Part shown: positions 16,894 through 27,104 of the stretch, piece after piece
Layout: each line of letters opens with the position of its first letter
Position numbering within the stretch: the first letter of the stretch is position 1
IMG/VR virus record: IMGVR_UViG_3300026735_000021
Location: 1 to 64,000 of that record
Reading direction: 5' to 3' (one strand)
Length of the DNA: 64,000 nucleotides
Source: a virus
Lineage: Duplodnaviria > Caudoviricetes
The notes under the pieces: generated by a model
What the model was told of the DNA's origin: nothing
The model's input: the letters and a program-made list of their open reading frames with translations, nothing else
The model's database searches: none
Made by a program: the position numbers and the translations under genes

Positions 16894-17937
16894 ATGTTTG
16901 AAAAATATAAAGTATACCCAACATCGGCATTTGCTCAAATGCCCATCATACAATCCATTAAAGACGAAACAGAATGGACGGTATCAACCGACAACAAAAT
17001 ACCTGTTGACATGAAGTATTTCCTCGATACACAAGGCTCAGTAAAACCTGCTAATGTATTAGCAGATGAATATCCTCTTGTTAAATTAAAAGATATGGAT
17101 ATTCCCATGTTAGACGGAATCAACCGTACATATCACTTACAAGCTCAAAAAAATCGAATTTTCATGGTAGACGTAGAGCCAAAAGCCTCACCATCAATTC
17201 TTGAATCAGCCATCAATTTCCCAGCTAATTATAAAGAAATTTCAAAAAATGGAGGTGTCCACCTTTTAATTAAAGTTCCAGAATCACTTATTAATGATGA
17301 AAACAAGTATTTATTCGACGGAACTGTATTTAAATCTGAAAAAGGTGACTTTGAATATATTTTCAATAATCACTTTATTACTTTCACTAAACGCATTGTC
17401 TTTGATAAGTCCCTTACTAACTTTAACGAAAACACTAAAGAATATGAACAACTCAAAGGCTTATTAATATCTATTGTTGAAATGGACAAAGAACGTAAGA
17501 AATTAAGAGATGCAGCTCGACTTGAAAAAGCGAAATACAAACCAAATGATATTCACACAAACTTAGTTGATCGTATTATGAAAGCTACTGTTATCAAAAA
17601 TGCAATAAAACGACAAAAAGAGCAAGAAGATTCAAACAATGATGACTCTCGTTTTGAACGTAAAATAGCCGTAGCTTGTGCTGGACAAGTAGAATATTTA
17701 CTAAACTATCTCAACACAATGCCACAAAGTCGTATTCTCTTTAAAGATTTCAATGATTCAGACGAAATAGAAACAATTCACCGTATGTTGATTGAAATAC
17801 TAGAGCATCGACCTAAACATGATGAATATAGATACGGTATGCCGTGGCTAATATATCAAGCATCAGAAAGTCTAACTTTTGTAAGATCACAAAAACGTAT
17901 TAAAGAATTAGAAAAGAAAGAAGCTAAGAAAAAATGA
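16894..17937 (+). CDS. Archaeo-eukaryotic primase (prim-pol) superfamily protein
   Basis: MVDVE (DxE), EISKNGGVHLL (SxxGxH) and EYIFNNHFITFT match AEP motifs I-III. Confidence 0.7.
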   Translation: MFEKYKVYPTSAFAQMPIIQSIKDETEWTVSTDNKIPVDMKYFLDTQGSVKPANVLADEYPLVKLKDMDIPMLDGINRTYHLQAQKNRIFMVDVEPKASPSILESAINFPANYKEISKNGGVHLLIKVPESLINDENKYLFDGTVFKSEKGDFEYIFNNHFITFTKRIVFDKSLTNFNENTKEYEQLKGLLISIVEMDKERKKLRDAARLEKAKYKPNDIHTNLVDRIMKATVIKNAIKRQKEQEDSNNDDSRFERKIAVACAGQVEYLLNYLNTMPQSRILFKDFNDSDEIETIHRMLIEILEHRPKHDEYRYGMPWLIYQASESLTFVRSQKRIKELEKKEAKKK

Positions 17938-18827
17938 CACTAAAAAAACCACTAATTGTTGGAGCAATTATTCTATCAGGACTTACCCTTGCGGGCTGTT
18001 CTAATAATAAATCAAATGATAAAGCTGAAATCATTGCTACAATGAAAGGCAAACAAGTAAATAGTCAAGAATTATATTCAGATATTAAAACCAACACATA
18101 TGCACAAAGTGCCATCAAGGATGCTCTCGTAACAGATGCATTCAACCAATTATATGCCGATAAAGTATCAGACAAAACGGTCAATTCGTTAGTATCAAAG
18201 GCAAAAGCCTCATATGGTGATAATTTCAAATCAATATTAACATCAAACAATATGACGGAAAATGAATACATAAAAACACTTAAAAAACAAGCCGTAGTTG
18301 AATATGGACTTAGACAAAACATTGATGTTTCAAAGGCTGATATGGAAAAAACATGGAAAAACTTCCACCCTGAATCAAATATTCAAATTGCCAAATTCAA
18401 TGATGAAACCAAAGCCAAAGACTTTGCAAAAAATGCAAAAACGGGTGACTTTGTGGGACTTGCTAACAAATCAGCTGTTAATAAAAATGATATTGCAGCC
18501 AAAGTTGACTCAGGCTCAGACACAATTCCAACGGAAGTCCAAGCCCAATTATGGAAACTTAAAAATGGAGAAATATCTAATGTAATCACTACAACCGATT
18601 CATCATACCAATCAACCTATTATGTTGTGAAAATGGTAAAATTGGGAGATAAAGGTTCTGACATGAAAAAATATGAAAAACGAATCAAAGAAATCACTCA
18701 AACTAGCAAATTGACAAATACTGACACAATGAATGCTACTATTGGTAAAGTACTCAAAAAAGCCAATTTCCAAATGAAAGATAAAGATTTATCAACGCTT
18801 ATGACATCATATCTTTCAACCAAATAA
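17934..18827 (+). CDS. prsA: PrsA-like foldase lipoprotein
   Basis: Lipobox LTLAGC, IATMKG, parvulin-like region (GDFVGLA, GEISNVITT, YYVVKM). Confidence 0.85.
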   Translation: MTLKKPLIVGAIILSGLTLAGCSNNKSNDKAEIIATMKGKQVNSQELYSDIKTNTYAQSAIKDALVTDAFNQLYADKVSDKTVNSLVSKAKASYGDNFKSILTSNNMTENEYIKTLKKQAVVEYGLRQNIDVSKADMEKTWKNFHPESNIQIAKFNDETKAKDFAKNAKTGDFVGLANKSAVNKNDIAAKVDSGSDTIPTEVQAQLWKLKNGEISNVITTTDSSYQSTYYVVKMVKLGDKGSDMKKYEKRIKEITQTSKLTNTDTMNATIGKVLKKANFQMKDKDLSTLMTSYLSTK

Positions 18828-18842
18828 TAGAAAGAAATATAT

Positions 18843-19133
18843 ATGACTAAGACGTCAATTGATAACGAACTACCAATTTCAACACATTCCTGGTTTAATG
18901 GTTCAATTTTAAATCAAAATGATAACACATCCTGGTATGATGACTTTGACCAATATGACGGAATATTTGACAACAAAACAATTATCAATCAAAATGATAA
19001 AATCATAGAATTATTATCGTCAATTGATACAAATCTTAAGAAATTAGTAGATGACAAATCAAGCAAAGAGTCAAAACCCCAAAAAAAACCATTATCAAAT
19101 GTCAATCATAACCTAGAAGGGATTAATATATGA
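18843..19133 (+). CDS. Hypothetical protein
   Basis: ORF in an operon-like arrangement with RBS. Confidence 0.55.
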   Translation: MTKTSIDNELPISTHSWFNGSILNQNDNTSWYDDFDQYDGIFDNKTIINQNDKIIELLSSIDTNLKKLVDDKSSKESKPQKKPLSNVNHNLEGINI

Positions 19134-19675
19134 AATATATACCAATTAGGCATATCAATCGAATGTTTCCATTTGAATTTTTTCAAGAACTCAATGAACG
19201 ATGGGATCAATGGGTACCAGAAAATCCGGCATTTACTATTCCATACACTACGTCATTCAAATTTTTAAAAGATTTTGACAAAAAAGCTATATTCACAGAA
19301 ACTCGAAATAAGCCTGACGCAAAAACGTTACGGGAAATCATTGCAAAACACAATATTATCAATTTAGATTTATTTCCTGTATTAATAATTGAACCATATG
19401 TGAAAAAAGAATTAATTAACACTCAGACGGGGAAAGTGGGCAGCACCAACTCAGACTTCCTCGTTGTTCAATATTTTGACTCAACGCATCGTCCTATTTT
19501 TGCAAATGATGTAACACTTGAATCAATTCGGCCAATACCCGAAATTTTATTTGATGACCCAAATCTATTTATTGGTGTAACCACATTCTCAGAAGAAGAT
19601 GGAGACTCTCAAATTGCCGTACTTCGAGCGCCTGACTTCATAGCTGACAATTTAACAACAGGAGAAACAAAATGA
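19130..19675 (+). CDS. Hypothetical protein
   Basis: 4-nt overlaps with both neighbours. Confidence 0.65.
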   Translation: MKYIPIRHINRMFPFEFFQELNERWDQWVPENPAFTIPYTTSFKFLKDFDKKAIFTETRNKPDAKTLREIIAKHNIINLDLFPVLIIEPYVKKELINTQTGKVGSTNSDFLVVQYFDSTHRPIFANDVTLESIRPIPEILFDDPNLFIGVTTFSEEDGDSQIAVLRAPDFIADNLTTGETK

Positions 19676-20352
19676 AATATCCATTAATAAAAGCACCATC
19701 TTGGCGACTTTTTATCCAAAAAGAATTTTACCAAGCCATTGGTATGATGGCAATGTCACAATTAGTTCTCCTTGTTGCAGCATTAATCCCCGAATATCCA
19801 AAAGCAAGTATAGCCTTAAATATTTTAGTAATGGCATTAACTCTTTTGACAATTATATTCGCATATAAAATCATTAAGACACAAGATGCATTAGATAACA
19901 AACCAAAAACAATTAATTTTAGTTGGAAACATTATGCTCTTTCCGTATTGGCTCTCGTCGGATACCTCTACATACAACCTGTCATTTCATCTCTATTCAA
20001 AATAGCGCAAGAATCACAAACAAACCAAGAATCAATAAACAGTATGATTTCAGCCGCGCCACTTGCAATGTTTATATGTGTTTCTATCATTGCCCCAATA
20101 TGTGAAGAATTAACATTTAGATTGCTATTGCCTAAATCATTCGGCAATTCAATTGTAGTATTCATCATCATGTCTATCTTATTTACAGCATTACACACAC
20201 CAAATGGAATATCCGGCTGGATGTCATATGGATTATTAGCCGTAATTCTTTTATCTACTCGGCTATTATCAGATAATATAACAAATAGTATTGCCACCCA
20301 TATTTCATGGAATTCCTTTACATTTTTATTATCGATACTACTTATTAAGTAA
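19672..20352 (+). CDS. CPBP (CAAX/Abi) family intramembrane metalloprotease
   Basis: Multiple TM helices, APICEELTFR, FTALH, IATHISWN. Confidence 0.9.
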   Translation: MKYPLIKAPSWRLFIQKEFYQAIGMMAMSQLVLLVAALIPEYPKASIALNILVMALTLLTIIFAYKIIKTQDALDNKPKTINFSWKHYALSVLALVGYLYIQPVISSLFKIAQESQTNQESINSMISAAPLAMFICVSIIAPICEELTFRLLLPKSFGNSIVVFIIMSILFTALHTPNGISGWMSYGLLAVILLSTRLLSDNITNSIATHISWNSFTFLLSILLIK

Positions 20353-20368
20353 ATGAGGTAATCCTAAT

Positions 20369-21874
20369 ATGAAGAAAAAACGTCAAATCAAAAATAAGAA
20401 TACATATAATTCGGATTCCATTATAATAAAAGCGGGTCAATGGTTTTTACAATCAAAACCCGCAAAAATAGCAACAGCTGGAATCTTAATAATAACAATA
20501 GGTGGCATACTTCTTTATAGACCAGCTATATCAACACTATTACATTATCAATTAAATTCAAAATCAAATGAATTAATGAATAATGAGCTAAATCCAAATA
20601 TTAAAAAATTAAATGAGATCAATAAACAGATAAATAGTCTATATGCCTATTCATCTAAACCATCATCTGATTATGCCACATCTATTATAAATAATTCAAC
20701 AAATAAAAAATTATCAATTGATGACTCTGATATGTATGCTGATATTAAATATGATGGATCAATCGATCTTGTTCAAAATAAAATATCAAAAGAAACATTT
20801 GATCCAAACAATGCCGCCAAATATACACAAAGTTTCATTAAAGCCTCTATATCAACGGATAATATTTCAAAATTAAAATTAGACTGGCAAAATATAAAGA
20901 AATTAACTATTCCTAAAATAAAAAATGACTCATTAAAATCTCAATTTAAAAAAGAAATCAAAGACTATAACAATACTAATGATTTAATCAATAATTTAAT
21001 TTTAAAATTCAAAACAGAGCAAGCTTTAAATTCATATACGGAAAATCCTGTATATACCACGCCTAAAGTTGATACAAAAGCTCCAATTTCTAAGCCAATA
21101 TCAGATAACGATATAAAATCACTAAAGAATGATATTTCCGATATTGATAAATACTCTGACGCAAATGTTCTACTTGTTGATAAATACACATTAGCCCTAA
21201 AATCAATAACAGATCAATCAGCAATTGCAAATTCAGTCATACAATTGATAAGTAAAGCAAAATCAGATCCATCAATTGAAACAATTAAAGCCGTAAATGA
21301 TCAATTAAATAAAATGCTTGACTCAACATTAAAATCAACGTATAGCGATCAACTCAAACCTATACAACAAGATTTTAATAAAAAACTCAACGAGGAAAAG
21401 GCTGCAAAAGCCAAATCTGATGAGAAAGCAAAACTAAAAAAAGAAAATGATGAATTGAAAAAAGAACTAGATAAAGCTAAACAATCTAGTTCATCAGTAG
21501 CATCTAGTTCTGATACTAAAAATTCCTCAACAACCGCGTCTTTTTCAGATAATCAATCACAAACGCAAACATCAACCACATCCGTCATAGACCTATCACC
21601 CAAAGCATCGTCACAAGGATTTGTATCTAATCCATCTGAGAACACCACGGTTAAATTAGGAGATACATCCATCATCCAAACAAATTTAGATATAACCAAT
21701 TGGCAAAAAGGTCAAATTCAAACATTCAAATTGAATGGTGCAAATCTAACAAAAACAATATCAGATACGCAAGATATTAATAAATCAAATCCAACTCGAT
21801 TATCTAAATCAGATGGATTAATTATTGCCAAATTTATAAACAATGACACATTGAGACTATATTACCTCGATTAA
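20369..21874 (+). CDS. Membrane-anchored extracellular protein with a coiled coil and Ser/Thr-rich linker
   Basis: Single N-terminal TM helix, coiled coil, SSSSVASSS linker, small C-terminal domain. Confidence 0.65.
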   Translation: MKKKRQIKNKNTYNSDSIIIKAGQWFLQSKPAKIATAGILIITIGGILLYRPAISTLLHYQLNSKSNELMNNELNPNIKKLNEINKQINSLYAYSSKPSSDYATSIINNSTNKKLSIDDSDMYADIKYDGSIDLVQNKISKETFDPNNAAKYTQSFIKASISTDNISKLKLDWQNIKKLTIPKIKNDSLKSQFKKEIKDYNNTNDLINNLILKFKTEQALNSYTENPVYTTPKVDTKAPISKPISDNDIKSLKNDISDIDKYSDANVLLVDKYTLALKSITDQSAIANSVIQLISKAKSDPSIETIKAVNDQLNKMLDSTLKSTYSDQLKPIQQDFNKKLNEEKAAKAKSDEKAKLKKENDELKKELDKAKQSSSSVASSSDTKNSSTTASFSDNQSQTQTSTTSVIDLSPKASSQGFVSNPSENTTVKLGDTSIIQTNLDITNWQKGQIQTFKLNGANLTKTISDTQDINKSNPTRLSKSDGLIIAKFINNDTLRLYYLD

Positions 21875-21900
21875 CAACAAGTATGTCACACGGAAATAAG

Positions 21901-21929
21901 TTGATATTTCAACAGATATGTGATATACT
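21901..21929 (+). promoter_or_regulatory. sigmaA-type promoter of the sec cluster
   Basis: TTGATA, 17-nt spacer, TG-A-TATACT. Confidence 0.7.
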
Positions 21930-21962
21930 TGTTTTGTTTAAAAATGAAAGGATCATGGTTAA

Positions 21963-24350
21963 ATGTCAAAATTACAAGAATCTTTATTTAAAAATCAAGA
22001 CAAAACCTATAACAAAAAATTAACAAATACAGTTAATCATATTCGTCAGATTGAGCATCAATATTCAACATTCGATGATATTCAATTGAAAGATGAATTC
22101 AAATCATTATTAACGGATATTCAATCCAACGTAAAATCAATAAACACAGCAATGCCTAATGTATTTGCGTTAATCTCAGTTGCCGCAACTCGAACACTAA
22201 ACATGACACCATACGACGTTCAAATTAAAGGCGCTATTGCTTTACATGAAGGTAACGTTGCCGAAATGAAAACAGGTGAAGGTAAAACATTAACAGCAAC
22301 AATGCCAATCATTTTAAATGCCATGTCTGGCAAAGGCGTTCATGTTGTAACCGTAAACGAATATTTAGCAAAACGTGATGTTACTCTATTATCACCTCTA
22401 TATAACTTCTTTAATCTCAGTATCGGGTTAAATTTAAACAATATGACAGCATACGATAAACGTATTGCCTATCAATCAGACATCATGTATTCAACAGCTA
22501 ATGAATTAGGCTTTGACTATTTACGAGATAATATGGTCAAAGACGCGGCTGAACGCGTAAGTCAACGGCCTCGTAATTTTGCGTTGATTGATGAAGTCGA
22601 TTCAATCTTAATTGATGAAGCCAAAACACCATTAATTATTGCTCAAATGAGTGCTCCAGCGTTAAAAGATTATATCCAAGCTGACCAGTTCGTTACAACT
22701 CTTAAAGATGACGATTATGAGATCGATCTTGAATCAAAATCTGTACATTTAACAAAAAGCGGTGAAATCAAAGCCAATAGTTATTTTAAAAAAGAGTCCG
22801 TATATGATGCCAAGAACACATCAATTATGCATCGAATAAATCAAGCCTTACAAGCTCGATTAATCCAAAAACTTGATGTGGATTACGCTATCATTCAAAA
22901 TCCTGAAAATCCAAATAATAAAGATATTGTTATTATAGACCAATTCACAGGACGGATTATGCCTGGTCGTCGATTCAATAATGGATTACATCAAGCATTA
23001 GAAGCCAAACACGCAAAAGACGGTGTAGCTATTCAAGATGAAACAGTAACAACCGCAACAATTACACTTCAAAATTTCTTTAGATTATATAACAAAATTT
23101 CTGGAATGAGTGGAACAGCTAAAACAGAAGAAGATGAATTTTCTGAAATTTACAACATGCGCGTTATTCCAATTGAAACGAATAAACCTCTTGCTCGGAT
23201 TGACTACGATCTTGAATTGTATTCAACAAAAGAAGGAAAATGGAATGCAATTGTTAATAGAATCAAAATCATTAACAAGAAAAAACAACCAATTTTGGTT
23301 GGAACATCATCCGTAAAAGATAGCGAATTGTTATCAAAACGACTAAAAGCCGAAAAAATAGAACACGTTGTTTTAAATGCCAAGCAAGATGAGCATGAAG
23401 CTCAAATTATAGCCCTTGCCGGAAATCAATCAGCCGTAACTATCGCCACCAATATGGCAGGTCGAGGAACAGACATCAAACTGGGTGAAAATGTTAAAGA
23501 ACTTGGTGGTTTATTTGTCCTTAGTACTGAATTAAATGATAGTCGTCGAATCGACGAACAATTAAAAGGTAGAGCCGGTAGGCAAGGCGATCCGGGAGCA
23601 ACATTAACAATTGCGTCATTACAGGATAATTTGTTCCAACGATTTGGCGCTCAATCAATACAAGACAAATTAATAGCATCTTGGCCAAAAGATAAACCAT
23701 TAACTCTAAACAAAACCGTCATAAAAATCCTACTTGATGCTCAAAAACGAGTGGAAGGATCGAACTATGATTCCCGAAAATCAACCCTTCAATATGATGA
23801 CATTGTCCGAGAACAACGAACAATATATTATTTAGATCGAAACATCGTTGTTAATGCAAAAACGGTAGATGAATTAATACCACACATTAAAAAAGTCACA
23901 TTAGCAATTGAACAAAACCCTGACCTTAGAGATAAATCCCAATGGCTCAATTGGAAAGATCACCATAACAATAAATCCTTAACTGACGTTACGCTTGACA
24001 CATTAGATAAAATGCCTGAAACAATAGCATTAGAAACAATTAAAGCTATTATTCTAAGCGCAATGGACGCATCTTGGATTGATCATATTGATGCTCTTGA
24101 CAAATTAAGATCAGGAATTAGTTACCGAAGTTACTCAGGTACAAACCCCGTTATTGCGTATCAAACCGAAGCCGCAGAATTATATAATAATCTCATAAAT
24201 TCAGTATACAAAACCGAAGGTCAAAATTACTTACGACTCCAATCCTATAAACCTCAAGAACGATCAGATGTTTATGATAATCAATTTAGTAAATCAATAA
24301 AAGGCTCTAAAACAAAATCAATGAAGAATTTTGTACGAACATTACATTAA
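21963..24350 (+). CDS. secA: Preprotein translocase ATPase SecA (compact, 795 aa)
   Basis: EMKTGEGKT, HVVTVNEYLA, IDEVDSILIDEA, GRIMPGRRF, TNMAGRGTDI, QLKGRAGRQGDPG; no C-terminal Zn-binding tail. Confidence 0.97.
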   Translation: MSKLQESLFKNQDKTYNKKLTNTVNHIRQIEHQYSTFDDIQLKDEFKSLLTDIQSNVKSINTAMPNVFALISVAATRTLNMTPYDVQIKGAIALHEGNVAEMKTGEGKTLTATMPIILNAMSGKGVHVVTVNEYLAKRDVTLLSPLYNFFNLSIGLNLNNMTAYDKRIAYQSDIMYSTANELGFDYLRDNMVKDAAERVSQRPRNFALIDEVDSILIDEAKTPLIIAQMSAPALKDYIQADQFVTTLKDDDYEIDLESKSVHLTKSGEIKANSYFKKESVYDAKNTSIMHRINQALQARLIQKLDVDYAIIQNPENPNNKDIVIIDQFTGRIMPGRRFNNGLHQALEAKHAKDGVAIQDETVTTATITLQNFFRLYNKISGMSGTAKTEEDEFSEIYNMRVIPIETNKPLARIDYDLELYSTKEGKWNAIVNRIKIINKKKQPILVGTSSVKDSELLSKRLKAEKIEHVVLNAKQDEHEAQIIALAGNQSAVTIATNMAGRGTDIKLGENVKELGGLFVLSTELNDSRRIDEQLKGRAGRQGDPGATLTIASLQDNLFQRFGAQSIQDKLIASWPKDKPLTLNKTVIKILLDAQKRVEGSNYDSRKSTLQYDDIVREQRTIYYLDRNIVVNAKTVDELIPHIKKVTLAIEQNPDLRDKSQWLNWKDHHNNKSLTDVTLDTLDKMPETIALETIKAIILSAMDASWIDHIDALDKLRSGISYRSYSGTNPVIAYQTEAAELYNNLINSVYKTEGQNYLRLQSYKPQERSDVYDNQFSKSIKGSKTKSMKNFVRTLH

Positions 24351-24387
24351 TGCACGTAGAAGCCATATTTATCCCATATGAGAAAGG

Positions 24388-24957
24388 TTGCAAATGGCCA
24401 AGGCAAATAGACCAAACATAAAATCAAGAACAACAGGGGGCATTATAATTGCCCTCATCATTATAGCTCTAGTTTTTCTCGGAATTAGATTTTTACCACC
24501 AGCCTATCAGGTCATGAAACAAGCAGATGCCACACCCTTTGAGGCTAAAATATTAACATTCAGAAAAGATGCGAAACAAGCACTGACGAACACGCCGAAC
24601 AAAGAAATTGACACAATTGCAACAGATCAATCACAAATTCATAAACCCGGCATGATCATATTCTATAAAATAAATTGCCCATTTTGTGAAGCCGCACATC
24701 AGGCAATTGAATCAAAAATCAAAGCTGTAAATACAACATCAGGTCGAAAAAATATTGTTTTTGTAAATGTTGAATCAGATTTAGGAAAAAAACTCGTTAA
24801 AAAATATAACATTCGATATGCCGCATCAATTACAATATTAAACAAACAAGGTAAATCATTCAACTTTACCCAGGCAGCCTTAGATGATAAACATAACCAT
24901 GTGGCGGATAACGATAGTATAAATAACGCATTTGACAAATATGCATCACTATTTTGA
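24388..24957 (+). CDS. Membrane-anchored thioredoxin-fold protein
   Basis: N-terminal TM helix and a CPFC motif. Confidence 0.75.
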   Translation: MQMAKANRPNIKSRTTGGIIIALIIIALVFLGIRFLPPAYQVMKQADATPFEAKILTFRKDAKQALTNTPNKEIDTIATDQSQIHKPGMIIFYKINCPFCEAAHQAIESKIKAVNTTSGRKNIVFVNVESDLGKKLVKKYNIRYAASITILNKQGKSFNFTQAALDDKHNHVADNDSINNAFDKYASLF

Positions 24958-24968
24958 AAGGTAACATC

Positions 24969-25115
24969 ATGAAGAAAACCAAATTTCCAATTAAATGGTT
25001 AACTCCAAAAGAAATAGTCAACATCACAACAAATGTTGTGATAATGGCTTGTTTCACTACAATATTCACAGCAGGAATTGCAGCTGGAATTGCATACCTC
25101 ATTAGTTTAATATAA
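24969..25115 (+). CDS. secE: SecE-like translocon subunit (48 aa, not in the ORF track)
   Basis: MKKTKFPIKWLTPKEIVNITTNVVIMACFTTIFTAGIAAGIAYLISLI; KWLTPKE resembles the SecE V.WP..kE motif and is followed by one TM helix; RBS GAAAGG; immediately upstream of secY. Confidence 0.75.
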   Translation: MKKTKFPIKWLTPKEIVNITTNVVIMACFTTIFTAGIAAGIAYLISLI

Positions 25116-25132
25116 AGGGAAAGGAGCAATAA

Positions 25133-26383
25133 ATGCTGTCAACACTCAAAAACGCAATCAAAATTAAAGATGTACAAAAAAGAATCCTATACACATTTGG
25201 AATCCTCATTATATTTCAAATTGGAATACATATACCATTGCCCGGAATTGATGCTAGTAAAATAGCATCATTACAAAATAATTCACTATTTTCAATGTTA
25301 AACTTAACATCAGGTGGAGCAATGGAATCATTTGGATTATTAGCACTAGGTGCATCACCTTACATCACAGCAAGTATTGTTATTCAATTGTTAGCTCAAG
25401 GTATTTTTCCAAAATACACGCTATTTTCTAAACAAGGGCGTGTTGGTCAACAGAAACTAGCAACAAGAACTAGATTTTTAACTCTAGTTTTTGGCTTTTT
25501 TCAAGCCATGACCTTAATGTCAACACTTCAATATTTAAAAACCCTAGGCTTTGCCCCATCATTTAATTTCACAACTAAAATGCTAATGTGCTTAGTTTTA
25601 GGAATGACATCATTATTTGTGGCATATCTAGGCGAAATGATAAATGAAAATGGTATCGGAAATGGATTATCATTAATCATTGCATCTGGTATTCTTGTTA
25701 ATGTCCCATCTTCAATTAATCAATGGATTTCCGATTACTTCATCAATACGAAAATATCAGCAAATTCCTTCATGGATATGGGTCTAATTATAATCTTGAT
25801 TATAGCCCTCATTTTATTTACCGTATATATCAACTCAGCTGAATGTCGAATTCCATTGCAATCCATGCAGAGTCCAAATCAAACAAACGCCCATTATTTA
25901 CCAATAAAATTAATGGCTGGTTCTGTTATTCCAGTCATATTTGCATCAAGTATCATTTCCATTGGCTCAATGATTACAACAGCTACAGGTAAAACGTATT
26001 CGTTCTTGAATTACAATACACTTGAAGGCGGATCATTATACGCTATTATGATTCTATTATTTGCTTATTTCTACAACGTGGCTCAAATCAATCCCGATAA
26101 AGTAGCCGATAATTTAGAAAAATCAAGTATGTATATCAAAGGCGTACCGCAATCAGAAAATGTATCATTTATTGGTAAAACCGTTATACGATTAACAAAC
26201 ATTGGTGCGCCTGCTCTTGTATTTATTGTAATGATTCCAATTATTATCACAAATACAACAAATATAACAACCCTTGATGGTGTGAGCGGAACAGGACTAC
26301 TTATTGTTGTGGGTGTGTTCACTGAGTTATATTCACAAATTAATGGTCTTGCCGCAAAACATCAATACCCACACATTCTCTAA
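25133..26383 (+). CDS. secY: Preprotein translocase channel SecY
   Basis: HIPLPG, LALGASPYITASIVIQLL, GIGNGLSLII, YLPIKL, AGSVIPVIFASSI, GTGLLIVVGV. Confidence 0.96.
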   Translation: MLSTLKNAIKIKDVQKRILYTFGILIIFQIGIHIPLPGIDASKIASLQNNSLFSMLNLTSGGAMESFGLLALGASPYITASIVIQLLAQGIFPKYTLFSKQGRVGQQKLATRTRFLTLVFGFFQAMTLMSTLQYLKTLGFAPSFNFTTKMLMCLVLGMTSLFVAYLGEMINENGIGNGLSLIIASGILVNVPSSINQWISDYFINTKISANSFMDMGLIIILIIALILFTVYINSAECRIPLQSMQSPNQTNAHYLPIKLMAGSVIPVIFASSIISIGSMITTATGKTYSFLNYNTLEGGSLYAIMILLFAYFYNVAQINPDKVADNLEKSSMYIKGVPQSENVSFIGKTVIRLTNIGAPALVFIVMIPIIITNTTNITTLDGVSGTGLLIVVGVFTELYSQINGLAAKHQYPHIL

Positions 26384-26395
26384 GAAAGGAATAAT

Positions 26396-26623
26396 ATGCT
26401 AATTTTAATTTACACATTACTATTGATTCTTAGTTTTATTATGGTAATTCTCATCATGAGCCAACCATCAAACCAAGAAACTTTAACAAGTGCGTTCACT
26501 GGCGGATCTAATCTTTTCAAGGAGAACAAGGTTCGAGGTATACAAAAAACACTTAAAAAGTATACTCTAATCACAGCATTACTAATTGCTATACTTGGAT
26601 TAGTATCACAATTCATACTATAA
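26396..26623 (+). CDS. secG: Preprotein translocase subunit SecG
   Basis: Two TM helices flanking ILIMSQPSN...SAFTGGSNLF...RG...L.K.T. Confidence 0.9.
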   Translation: MLILIYTLLLILSFIMVILIMSQPSNQETLTSAFTGGSNLFKENKVRGIQKTLKKYTLITALLIAILGLVSQFIL

Positions 26624-26657
26624 GAGATAGAGTGTAATGCTCTATCTCTTTTTTTTT
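26622..26657 (+). terminator. Intrinsic terminator closing the sec cluster
   Basis: AAGAGATAGAG-TGTAATG-CTCTATCTCTT plus T tract. Confidence 0.85.
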
Positions 26658-26671
26658 AAGGAAATATTATC

Positions 26672-27100
26672 ATGGAAAAAAAGAAAATTATAACAATTAT
26701 CACAGCCGGAATAGCACTAGTCTGCATTATCATTGGAGCCATTGGCGTCTATAATGCCTCACAAAAATCAATCAATATCAAATCATATAGCACAATGGAC
26801 ATTTATTCCAAGAGCTACAATCAGCCCAATCTCAACAACCACGTTCGTATTGAATATTATATGATGAAACCCGATAAACTAGCAATCAATACATTAGTGG
26901 AAGCATCAAAAACAAACAAATCTACGGTGTTCAATGTATATGACTTGACTCGAAAAATCAATTCTGGCGTCAAAAACCGAATGGGATTAAAAGCATCCCA
27001 TATTCGGGTAATATCAAGAGATAACAAACTATTATATTCTAAAGATCGACCATCTGAAAAAGACATTCAGAAGGCTATAACCGTAGCAAAAAAAGGATAA
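26672..27100 (+). CDS. Hypothetical membrane-anchored protein
   Basis: N-terminal TM helix; RBS AAGGA. Confidence 0.65.
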   Translation: MEKKKIITIITAGIALVCIIIGAIGVYNASQKSINIKSYSTMDIYSKSYNQPNLNNHVRIEYYMMKPDKLAINTLVEASKTNKSTVFNVYDLTRKINSGVKNRMGLKASHIRVISRDNKLLYSKDRPSEKDIQKAITVAKKG

Positions 27101-27104
27101 TTCC

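Noticed and set aside
24866-25129. 87-aa minus-strand ORF between the thioredoxin gene and secY
   Set aside because: It is the antisense shadow of the + strand secE-like ORF, which has an RBS and fits the operon.
21963-26623. Accessory SecA2/SecY2 system
   Set aside because: No asp or gtfA/B genes and no serine-rich repeat substrate; it has its own SecE and SecG and a canonical-looking SecY.
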